A DNA stretch of 64,000 bases from Lentisphaerota bacterium (lineage in GTDB: Bacteria; Verrucomicrobiota; Kiritimatiellia; RFP12; JAAYNR01), in assembly GCA_016873675.1 (NCBI GenBank), contig VGWG01000005.1, positions 5,648 to 69,647 of the forward strand, written 5' to 3'. Below, piece after piece: positions 18,158 through 28,100 of the stretch. The notes beneath the pieces were generated by a model. That model was given only the letters and a program-made list of their open reading frames with translations, ran no database searches and was not told the DNA's origin. The translations under genes and the position numbers were made by a program. Each line of letters starts with the position of its first letter. The first letter of the stretch is position 1.

Positions 18158-20646
18158 ACGAAGCCGAAACCAGAGCCGAGCACATCGACCCCGCACTTGC
18201 CGCGGCGGGTTGGGGCGTCGTTGAGGGGAGCCGCATCCGGCGCGAGTACCCGATCGCGCCGGGCCGCATCGAGGGGCTCGGCCGGCGCGGCAAGCCGCTC
18301 ATCGCCGACTACATCCTGGAGTACCGCAACCGCAAGCTGGCCGTGGACGAGGCCAAGGCATGGGATGTTGAGTTGACCGAGGGGGTGGCGCAGGCCAAGA
18401 ACTACGCCGGCAAGCTCGCCGTCCGTTTCGCCTACGCCACCAACGGCCGTGGCATCTACGCCGTGGACATGCAGACCGGCAGGGAAGGCGAGATCGCCCG
18501 CTATCCGACCCCCGACGAACTCTGGGCCATGACCTTCGCCGGGGAGAACGCTTGGCGGGACCGGTTCACGGCCGTGCCGTTCGAGGACAAGGGCGGCTCG
18601 CACCCGACCCGGTACTATCAGGACACCGCCATCGAGCGGGTGATGGATGCCATCGCGGCGAACCAGCCGCGCATCCTGCTCACGCTCGCCACGGGCACGG
18701 GCAAGACCTTCATCGCCTTCCAGATCGCCTGGAAGCTCTTCCACTCCCGCTGGAACCTCTCCCGCGAGCCTTCCCGCCGGCCGCGCATCCTGTTCCTCGC
18801 CGACCGGAACATCCTGGCGAACCAGGCCTACAACGCCTTCTCCGCCTTCCCCGAGGATGCGCTGGTGCGGATCGAGCCGGACGACATCCGCAGGAAGGGC
18901 AAGGCGCCGAAGAACGGCAGCCTGTTCTTCACCATCTTCCAGACCTTCATGACCTCCGGCGCCCAGGCGTCCGATGAAGTCAATACGGTCAACGCGGTCA
19001 AACCCGCCGTCGCCCCGCCGCCGATCTATCCGCTGGCGGAGGACGAGGTCGCCCCCTTGGACATGGCGGCGGAACCGCCCGCGCTCTTCGGCGAATACCC
19101 GCCGGACTTCTTCGACTTCATCGTCATTGACGAGTGCTACCGCGGCGGCGCGAACGACGAGAGCGCCTGGCGCGGCATCCTCGAATACTTCGCCCCGGCG
19201 GTGCAGATGGGGATGACCGCCACGCCCAAACGCGAGGAGAACGTGGACACCTACCGCTACTTCGGCGACCCGGTCTACATCTACTCCCTCAAGGACGGCA
19301 TCAACGACGGCTTCCTGACGCCATTCAAGGTGAGGCAAATCCAGACCACGCTTGACGAGTACGTCTACACGCCCGATGATTGCGTTTTGGAAGGAAGCAT
19401 CGAAGAGGGCAAGCTTTACGACGAGGAAGACTTCAATCGCATCATCGAGATCAAGGAACGGGAGAAGAAGCGGGTTGAAATCTTCATGGCGCTGATTGAC
19501 CAAAAGGAAAAGACCCTCGTCTTTTGTGCGAGTCAAATTCACGCGTTGGCCGTCCGCGACCTGATCAACCAGATGAAGACCAGCGCCGACCCGAACTACT
19601 GCCAGCGGGTGACGGCGAACGACGGCGCGCTCGGCGAGCAGCACCTGCGCGACTTCCAGGACAACGAGAAGACGATCCCGACGGTCTTGACCACGTCGCA
19701 GAAGCTTTCGACCGGCGTGGACGCCCGCAACGTCCGCAACATCGTCCTGATGCGGCCCATCAGGCGGATCATCGAGTTCAAGCAGATCATCGGGCGCGGC
19801 ACGCGGCTTTACGACGGCAAGGACTACTTCACGATCTACGACTTTGTGAAGGCGTGCCAGCATTTCAGCGATCCCGAGTGGGACGGCGAGCCGCTCGAAC
19901 CGGAGCCCTGCCCGAAGTGCGGCTGCCAGCCGTGCGCGTGCGTAAAGCCGCCGCCGCAAGCGTGCCCCGTCTGCGGCCAGGCGCCCTGCGTCTGCCCGCC
20001 GGGTCCCTGCCCGAGATGCGGCCAGCGGCCATGCGTATGCAAAAAGCGGGAAAGGGTGAAGGTAAAACTGGCGGACGGCAAGGAGCGCACCATCCAGCAC
20101 ATGATGATGACCAGCTTCTGGCACCCCGACGGCACGCCCATGTCCGCGCAGCAGTTCATGGAACTGCTCTTCGGCAAGCTCCCGGACTTCTTCAAAGACG
20201 AAGCCGAACTCCGCGCCATCTGGAGCGCTCCCGACACGCGCAAGAAGCTCTTGCAAGGGCTGGCCGAGAAAGGTTTTGGCCACGACCAACTATCCGAAAT
20301 GCAGAAGATCATCGACGCCGAAAAGAGCGACCTGTTCGATGTGCTGGCCCATGTGGCCTACGCCTTGCCGCCGGTCACCCGCGAAGTGCGGGCCGCGAAC
20401 GCCAAAGTCCACATCAACGCCCAGTTCAATGCCAAGCAGCAACTCTTCCTTGATTTTGTGCTCCAGCACTACATCACGGTCGGCGTGGAAGAACTGGACC
20501 AGGAAAAACTCACGCCGCTGCTCCTCCTCAAATACCACAACTCCCTCGCGGATGCCGTCGCTGACCTCGGCGGCCGGCCCGAAGAAATCAACAAAACCTT
20601 CGCCGGTTTCCAGAAGTATCTTTATCAACAAACGGCTGCGGCGTGA
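18154..20646 (+). CDS. hsdR: Type I restriction endonuclease R subunit (EcoEI-like C-terminal domain) with a Cys-rich insertion
   Basis: N-terminal HSDR_N (ETRAEHIDPALAAAGW...IADYILEY), helicase motifs (LATGTGKT, DEC, MTATP, TGVD, QIIGRGTR) and a C-terminal EcoEI_R_C-like region. Between them sits 3x CPxCGQxPCxC (CPKCGCQPCACV / CPVCGQAPCVCP / CPRCGQRPCVCK), encoded by a ~45-nt tandem repeat at 19905-20040. The start overlaps the rhuM stop. Confidence 0.85.
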   Translation: MNEAETRAEHIDPALAAAGWGVVEGSRIRREYPIAPGRIEGLGRRGKPLIADYILEYRNRKLAVDEAKAWDVELTEGVAQAKNYAGKLAVRFAYATNGRGIYAVDMQTGREGEIARYPTPDELWAMTFAGENAWRDRFTAVPFEDKGGSHPTRYYQDTAIERVMDAIAANQPRILLTLATGTGKTFIAFQIAWKLFHSRWNLSREPSRRPRILFLADRNILANQAYNAFSAFPEDALVRIEPDDIRRKGKAPKNGSLFFTIFQTFMTSGAQASDEVNTVNAVKPAVAPPPIYPLAEDEVAPLDMAAEPPALFGEYPPDFFDFIVIDECYRGGANDESAWRGILEYFAPAVQMGMTATPKREENVDTYRYFGDPVYIYSLKDGINDGFLTPFKVRQIQTTLDEYVYTPDDCVLEGSIEEGKLYDEEDFNRIIEIKEREKKRVEIFMALIDQKEKTLVFCASQIHALAVRDLINQMKTSADPNYCQRVTANDGALGEQHLRDFQDNEKTIPTVLTTSQKLSTGVDARNVRNIVLMRPIRRIIEFKQIIGRGTRLYDGKDYFTIYDFVKACQHFSDPEWDGEPLEPEPCPKCGCQPCACVKPPPQACPVCGQAPCVCPPGPCPRCGQRPCVCKKRERVKVKLADGKERTIQHMMMTSFWHPDGTPMSAQQFMELLFGKLPDFFKDEAELRAIWSAPDTRKKLLQGLAEKGFGHDQLSEMQKIIDAEKSDLFDVLAHVAYALPPVTREVRAANAKVHINAQFNAKQQLFLDFVLQHYITVGVEELDQEKLTPLLLLKYHNSLADAVADLGGRPEEINKTFAGFQKYLYQQTAAA

Positions 20647-20711
20647 CGAATCGGGTCGCCCGCCGCGAGCCCCCCTTTCCCCTTTTCAGCTTTCCTCTTT
20701 CGGCCAGACAA

Positions 20712-20893
20712 GGGACGGGCCTGAATGGCGTGAATGGCGCTAAGTTAAGGGGCTATTGCCATCTTAATCGTAATCGTAATCTTGATCTTAATATTAATCT
20801 TAATCTCTTGGTGGAGAACGGATTACGATTATGATTATGATTATGATTATGATCGGAAGCATCGCTTTACTTAGCGCCATTCGGGACGGGCCT
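20712..20893. mobile_element. MITE-like non-coding element: 10-bp direct repeats flanking 14-bp terminal inverted repeats and an AT-rich palindromic core
   Basis: Direct repeat GGGACGGGCC at 20712-20721 and 20884-20893. Inverted repeat GAATGGCGCTAAGT (20731-20744) versus CTTAGCGCCATTC (20870-20882). The core is (TAATC/GATTA)-type pentamer runs arranged as an imperfect palindrome around a 15-nt centre, locally AT-rich in a 65% GC genome. It lies 70 bp after the hsdR stop. Confidence 0.5.
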
Positions 20894-20989
20894 TGCATCT
20901 CTCCGGGTGCCTGCAGAACCGACGAAGGAAATGTTGCAATCGCCTCGTAGGGTAACACCCCATCGCCAAAAAAAAGCACGCCGTGCATC

Positions 20990-22042
20990 ATGACGCCCAT
21001 GACCATAGACATCGACAAGCGATCCACGGTGCTCATGCTGTTGACACTGCTCCTTCCCGCACTGACACGTGGCGCGGGCTCGGACATCTCGGCAGGCACC
21101 TTCGGCGTGTACATGGAGAACGACATGTATGCCGGCACGGACCACTACTACACCAGTGGTTCCAAGCTCACGTGGAGTTCTCCCAATCTCGAAACGCTCA
21201 GCGACTCCCCGTATGCCAGCCCGTTCCTGCCGATGTTTGATCGGTTGCCCTACATCAACGCAAGCGACTATCAAAAGAACCTCGTTTTCGCACTTGGGCA
21301 GAACATCTACACGCCCGACGACACCGAGTCGTCTGGGCTGCTCGGCGATGATCGCCCCTACGCGGGCTGGCTTTACATGGGGCTCGGCATCGTGTGGAAA
21401 GATGCGCGGGTGAGAAACTCGCTCGTGCTGAGTATCGGCGTCGTCGGCCCATGGGCCTACGCGCATGAAACCCAGCGCCTGATCCATGATGCGCTTGATC
21501 AAGATCATCCGAATGGATGGGAGAATCAACTACACAATGAACTCGGTGTGAACCTCGCGTACGAACGGATTTGGCGTCTTCCCAAGCTCACGAAACGCAG
21601 CGGGCTTGACTGGGAGCTCCTGCCCCATGGAGGCGCGGTGGTAGGAAACGTCTATACCTATGTCAACCTCGGCGCCGAACTGCGCGCTGGCTTGAATCTG
21701 CCCGATGATTTCGGAACCGGAGTGATCGGTCCGGTGGCCACCACCTCGACGCCCGTCGATGGCATGATGGGCGCAGATCGTTCCCGCTTTGATCTGGGGA
21801 TGTATGTCTTCGCCCGAGCCGATGGCCGCGCGGTGGGACGCAACATTTTGCTGGATGGAAACACCTTTGGGAGTGGCCCATCCGTGGGGCATAATCCCTT
21901 CGTCGCTGATCTCAGCCTCGGCGTGGCCCTGAACATTAAGAATACCAAGATCGCCTACGCCTCTGTCTATCGGACCCGTGAGTTCGACAGCCAGCAGGAC
22001 GCCCAAATCTTCAACATGGTCTCACTCAACTGGACCTTCTAA
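20990..22042 (+). CDS. lpxR: LpxR-family outer-membrane lipid A 3'-O-deacylase (DUF2219)
   Basis: Signal peptide, then GVYMENDMYAGTDHYYTSG (LpxR starts ENDxxxxxDxxYTxG), an OMP beta-barrel with C-terminal ...SLNWTF. Confidence 0.6.
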   Translation: MTPMTIDIDKRSTVLMLLTLLLPALTRGAGSDISAGTFGVYMENDMYAGTDHYYTSGSKLTWSSPNLETLSDSPYASPFLPMFDRLPYINASDYQKNLVFALGQNIYTPDDTESSGLLGDDRPYAGWLYMGLGIVWKDARVRNSLVLSIGVVGPWAYAHETQRLIHDALDQDHPNGWENQLHNELGVNLAYERIWRLPKLTKRSGLDWELLPHGGAVVGNVYTYVNLGAELRAGLNLPDDFGTGVIGPVATTSTPVDGMMGADRSRFDLGMYVFARADGRAVGRNILLDGNTFGSGPSVGHNPFVADLSLGVALNIKNTKIAYASVYRTREFDSQQDAQIFNMVSLNWTF

Positions 22043-22150
22043 ATCACCGTCCATGAATCGTTGAGGCGCTTGAACGACGCGTATGTTTTCGAACGGCACG
22101 CTTGTGCTCCATGGGGGTGCAACCCCACCAAACCGCGAGGCGTCTGGGCC

Positions 22151-25100
22151 TCAGCAGACGCTGACTGCGACGGCGTGCTCGCGGCGGTCGTCAACCAGCG
22201 GGACGATGCCATCAGCTTGTTCCAGGCCGTCGAGCACCACCCGGAACGGCCGCGCGAGGGCCGCTGCGGACCGCGTAACATGAATATGGTAAAACGTGTC
22301 GCGGTAGCGGTAGTGCAGCTTCAGCGCTGTCCAGGCGCGCGGCAGTTGCGGATTGAGCCGCAATTGCTCGGCTTCAAGCCGCACGCCAAGCAGGGTCTCG
22401 ACGAGCAGCCGGTACATCCAACCGGCCGCGCCCGTGTACCAGGTCCAACCGCCGCGCCCGACATGGGGCACGGCGCCGTAAACATCGGCGGCCATGACAT
22501 AGGGTTCGACCTTGTAACACTCCACCCCGGCCGCGTTGGCCGTATGCCGGATCGGGTTGAGCCGCGAGAACAATTCCCAGGCGCGCTCGGTTTCGCCAAG
22601 CTGCGCGAACGCCATGACGGCCCAGATGGCGCCGTGGGTGTACTGGCCGCCGTTTTCGCGCACACCGGGCGGGTAGCTCTTGATGTAACCGGGCTCCATC
22701 GCCGATGTCTCGAAGGGCGGATCGAGGAGCCGGATCAGCCGGTCGTCGTGCCGGACCAGACGCTGATAGACGTGCTCCATAGCCTGACGCGCCCGCGCCG
22801 GCTCCGCCGCGCCGGACAGCACCGCCCAGCTCTGGGCGAGGGAGTCAATCTGGCACTCCTCGTTGGCAGCCGAACCGAGCGGGGTGCCGTCATCGAAGGT
22901 CGCACGCCGATACCATTCGCCATCCCACCCGTGTGCTTCGATGTTCCGCTGCAAGCGCGCCGCTTGCTCGCGGCAACGGTCGGCCAACACCGTATCGTGG
23001 CGGCGGCGGGCGAGTTCCTCGAACCGCTGCAACACGTGGTAAAGAAAGAACGCCAGCCACACGCTTTCACCCCGACCGTGCGCTCCGACCAGATTCATGC
23101 CGTCGTTCCAGTCGCCGCTGCCGATCAATGGCAGTCCATGTTCACCAAAACGCAGGCCATATTCGATCGCCAGCACGCAATGCTCGTAGAGCGTTCCGGA
23201 TTTTCCAGAAAGGCGCGGCAGATCATAGTACGATTCCTCATCGGCGTTTACCGGGCGGCCGTCGAGATACGGCGCACGCTCGTCGAGAACGCCGGTGTCG
23301 CCAGTCATCGTCACGTAGCGACAGGTGGCGTAGGGCAACCAGAGGTAATCGTCGGAGCAGTGCGTGCGCACGCCGCGTCCGCTGGGCGGATGCCACCAGT
23401 GTTGCACGTCGCCTTCGCTGAACTGGCGACTGGCGCACCGCAACAGATGCTCGCGGGCGATCCATGGCGCGGCGTGCAGCAGCGCCATCGTGTCTTGGAG
23501 CTGATCGCGAAACCCGTACGCCCCGCCGGACTGGTAATAGCCGCTCCGCCCCCAATAGCGCGCGGCCAAAACCTGATACTCCAGCCACCCATTGACCAGC
23601 AGGTTCAGGGCCGGGTCGGGCGTCTCGGCGTACACGACGCCCAAGGTGCGCTTCCAGAACTCCCAGACGCTCTCCAGAGCGAGCCGCGCGCCAGCCGGAT
23701 CGCCGAAGCGCCGGATGAGCTGGTGCGCCTCTTCGACATCATTCCCGGCCCCGAGCGTAAAGACCAGTTCGTGTTCCTCGCCATCGGCCAACGCGATACC
23801 CGCTTGCATCGCCGCGCAGGGATCGAGCCCCGCGCCCGTGCGACCCGAAAGACGCGCCCGGCGCATCGCCGCCGGACTGGCCATCATGCCGTTGCGCCCC
23901 AGAAATTCCGCGCGGCTTCCGGTGACGGTCCGCGCGGCGTCGCTGACGTTGACGAAAACGGTTTTGTCGGCAAACTCGCGATTGTACACGGTGCGCGCGA
24001 AGAGCGCGCCCGTGGCCGGGTCCAGGGAGGTGACCACGTGCATCAGGTTCGTGTGGCGCCACTGACCCAAGACCAGCTCCCAGTAGCCGGTGACCGACAA
24101 CCGCCGGGTTCGGCCCGAGCGATTGCGGAGCTTGATCGTCACCACTTTCACGGGTGCATCTTGCGCCACATAGGTCCAGAGTTCCGACTCGATGCCCAAC
24201 TGCGCGTACTCGAACACGCTGTACCCAAACCCGTGACGGCAGACATAGGTTCCGCTTCCCCGCGCGGGCAAAGGCGTGGGCGACCAGAACTGGCCGGTTT
24301 CTTCGTCCCGAATGTAGAAAGCCTCGCCGCTCAGATCTCCCACCGGATCGTTGTGCCAGGGTGTCAGCCGGAATTCATGGGCGTTGTCCACCCAGGTATA
24401 GGCCCCGCCACTTTCGCTGACCACCGAACCGATGCGGGCGTTGGCGAGCACATTGGACCAGGGCGCGGGGGTGGCCCGACCCGGCGCGAGCGAGATCACG
24501 TATTCCCTGCCGTCGGGTGTAAACCCCCCCAGCCCGTTGAAGAAGATACGTTCACGCGGCGGCAGCGCAGACGCGGCGGCCGTCAAGGGGGAGCGGCTCG
24601 GCGTGAAGCGAGGCATTACCCGCTCCAGCGGGGCCTGCCGCTCGACTTGCCCGGTGAGCGTCTCCGCGCTGTCGGTGATGATCACCCGCGCAACCGTTTG
24701 CAGCAGAATCCGCTGCTCCTCCGACAACTGTTCGCTGCGCCGCGGGAAGATGCCGCCTGGCTTATCCACCCGGTGCGCCTCCGTACCTGCGGCAATCAAG
24801 CTCAAAACCTGTTCCTGAAGCACCTGACGATATCCGGAAAAGTCCTCGTTCAAGATAATCAGATCGGTCTTCAAGCCTTTCTCGCGCCAATAGGCGTGGG
24901 CCTTGAGCACCTCCCGCACCCGCTCGATCCGATGCACGTCGGCGATGCGCAGCAGCACGATCGGCAGATCGCCTGAAATGCCAAAGGCCCACAAGCCGGG
25001 CTGCCCGAGCCGATTGCGAACCAGGAGGCCGGCGTCGGCGCGGAGGCGCGGGTTCGCAAACAGCACCGCGCCCGCGAGCTCGACATAGACCTGCGCCTCG

Positions 25101-28100
25101 GCTTCGGTCGCCTGCAACTGGCGCAACACGAGTTGGCTGTGGGACCAGGCCATTTCGAACGCGCGCGCGGCGAAACTGGAATCGCGGTACTTATCGATCA
25201 GTACCAGCGCGGCCGCGCGCGTGTCGGCCATGCCGGAAATGATGTGCCACGTGGCAACGGTGTCGGCGGCGATGACCATGCCGCATCGGATGGCGACGAT
25301 CGGATCGAGCGTCGCGCCCTCCGTGCCCGACAGCGGCCCGGGGGCGTCAAACGCCGCTGGCGCGTCCACCGTGCGATTCCGTCCGATAAACCGCGCCCGG
25401 TCCGTCTCGTAGGAGGCGTCGCCGGCCAGCGCGCCCTGGGTGGTCATCAGGTGGAACATCCACGGCGGCTCCTCGCCCGGCGCACGCGGTCGGCGCATAC
25501 AGAGAATGGCCTGCGTGTCGCGGAGAATCTCCGTGCGCACGAACAAATTGCTGAAGGCCGGGTGCGCGAGATCCGCGTCCGGGGGCGCAAGCACGATCTC
25601 TGCGTAACTCGTCAGTTCGATGGTGCGAAGGCGGGATGAAAAATTCGTGAGTGTCACACGGCGGACTTCAACGTCATCCTCGGGTGACACGGCGATTTCC
25701 GTGTGCGCTTCAATCTCTTCGTCGCGCCGGCGATACTCGGCGCGCCCCTGCAGAAAAATCGCCTCGCCGTATTTCGCTGCGCGCCGCGTCGGTTGGTAAG
25801 CCGTTGACCACAGCACGCCCGTGACGGTGTCGCGCACATAGCAGAACAGGCCCCATCCGTCGCGAGTGGCGTCCTCGCGCCAGCGCGTGACCGCCAGATT
25901 TTTCCAGCGGCTGTACCCGCCGCCCGTGTGGGTGACCATCACGTGATAGCGTCCATTGGACAGCAGATGCACATGCGGCAGCGGCGTGTCCGGCGAGGGG
26001 AAGACGCGCATGAGGGCGGCGGCCGCCTCCGGCGGCTGGCGCGCGGCGCTCACCTCGGCCGCGTGGGGATGCAAGGGGGAGGCGATCTTAGGGATACGCT
26101 CGTGCAACAGCAATTCCGCCGCCTTGAAAGCCGGGTCGGAAAGAAACCGGCGCTGCATCGGCCGGTCCAGCAGCAGGTGCGTCAGCGCCAGCAGGCTCAT
26201 CCCCTGGTGATGCGCCATGTAACTGCGCAACAGGACCCCCTCCTTGCCCTGCGGCATGCGCGCGGGCGAGAAATCAATCGCTTCATACAATCCGTGAGCG
26301 CCGCCGTATCCTTTCTCCACCAGCGTCTGAAGATTTCGGCAGGCCTCGCGGGGCATGACCATCAACGCCAGTGCCGAGGCGTACGGCGCGACAACCAGAT
26401 TCTCCGCCAGGCCGCGCTTGAACCCCAGTCCCGGCACGCCGAAAGCCCCATACTGGTAGACCCCCTGCGCGTCGGTGGCGTTGTAGCACGATTCGGAAAT
26501 CCCCCACGGCACACCGCGCTGGCGTCCGTATTCAATCTGCCGGGCCACGACCGCCCGGTAGGATTGATCGAGCAACGTGTGCTCGTACGTCGGCATCACG
26601 AGCAGGGGCATCAGGTACTCGAACATCGAACCGCTCCACGACAACAAAGCCATCGCGCCGACGTGGGTGGTCACCTGTCGGCCCAGGGCAAACCAATGCT
26701 CCTGCGGCAGCCGATCCTGGGCGATGAGCATGAAACTGGCCAAACGCGCCTCCGAGGCGAGCAGGTCGTAATACGCCGGATCGCGGCGCCGCTCGCTGAC
26801 GTTGTAGCCAATCACCAGCAAAGCGCGGGCGGGATCGTAGAGAAAAGCGAAGTCCATCTCCGCCTGCGCGGCACAACTCCGGGCGAGCCGATCAATCCGA
26901 CGGAGGCGCTCGGCGGCGCGTGGTCCACCGGCGGCCTCGCCGGCCAAATCCTGCAGCGTCGGAATGCCTTCGAACGGGCGGGTATCGGGCACGAGCAACA
27001 GCAAATCGTCGCGCACAGCCCGGCACTGCCGCGCGAATGCGTGCCGCCACGCCTGCCGGTTCGCATCACCGTCGGCGGGCAGCGTCTCGATCTCACGGCC
27101 GAGTTCCTGAAGCAGCGTCATCGTGGCGGACAGGGTCGCCGGCGGGGTCGCATTCAGTTTCGTCCGCAGGGACGCGAGGGGCGGGGCACCCGCCCTGTCC
27201 AGCGTGTCCCGCAGTCCAGAGAGCAGCCGGGGCGAGACGACGGGCTGCGTTTTCAACTCCAGCAGACCGCTGCGCAAGACGGCCAACGCCCCGGCGAGGT
27301 TACCGCTGTCCACGCTCGACACATAAAGCGGCCGAAGCGGCACCAGCGTGCGCGTGTCGTACCAGTTGTAGAAATGGCCATGGTAGCGTTCGAGACGCTC
27401 CATAGCGCCAAGGGTCTGTTCCGTGCGTTCGAGCAATTCACCGGTGGAGAGGTAACCAAAATCCCACGCCGACAGATTGGCCAGCAAGGCCATGCCGATA
27501 TTGGTCGGCGAGGTTCGTGAGGCGACGAGGCGCGTCGGGGTTTCCTGAAGATTGTCAGGCGGCAGCCAGTTTTCCTGAGCGTTGACGAGCGTTTCGAAGT
27601 AGCTCCAGGTTTGGCGGGCCAGCCCGTGCAGGAACACGTGTTGAGCCTCGGAGAGGACCGGTTGGGGGGTCGTCAGCGGCCGGCTGATCCACCAGCCGAC
27701 GGCGGGCGCGATGAGCCACAGCAGCAGCAGCGGCCCGCTGAAGAGCAACTCGGCGGGATGCGCCAGCGCCAGCCACACGCCGGCGATCGCTCCGAACAGC
27801 GGCGCGACCCACATCTCCGAGAAGAAGTCAGCCGGCGTCTTGCAGCCGTTGCGCCGCGCATAGCGCGGCGTGTGCCAGAGCAACAGGCCTCGCCGCGTGA
27901 ACGCCATGCGACCGGCGGAAACAAGGATCGCGTCCAGATGGACCACGGCCCGATACGGCAGGCTGCAAAGCGCAAGCGCGGCCTCAGCCCCCTGTCGGCC
28001 AATCGCTCCGAAGATGGCGTTACGATGGACGGCCCACGTCCGTTCGCGGGGTTTTTGAAGCGCTTCAACCAACACGGTGACGCCCACGGGCAGCAGCAGC

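Noticed and set aside
12605-20289. Long minus-strand ORFs antisense to hsdM (12605..14011) and hsdR (18010..20289)
   Set aside because: They are shadow ORFs of high-GC coding sequence. Their Gly/Val/Asp/Glu-rich translations mirror codon position 3 of the real genes.
20800-21138. Minus-strand ORF with a poly-isoleucine run
   Set aside because: It is the translation of ATAATC repeats inside the MITE-like palindrome. The ORF-track entry 20867..21529 (-) is also antisense to lpxR. There is no RBS and no family, so it is not a gene.
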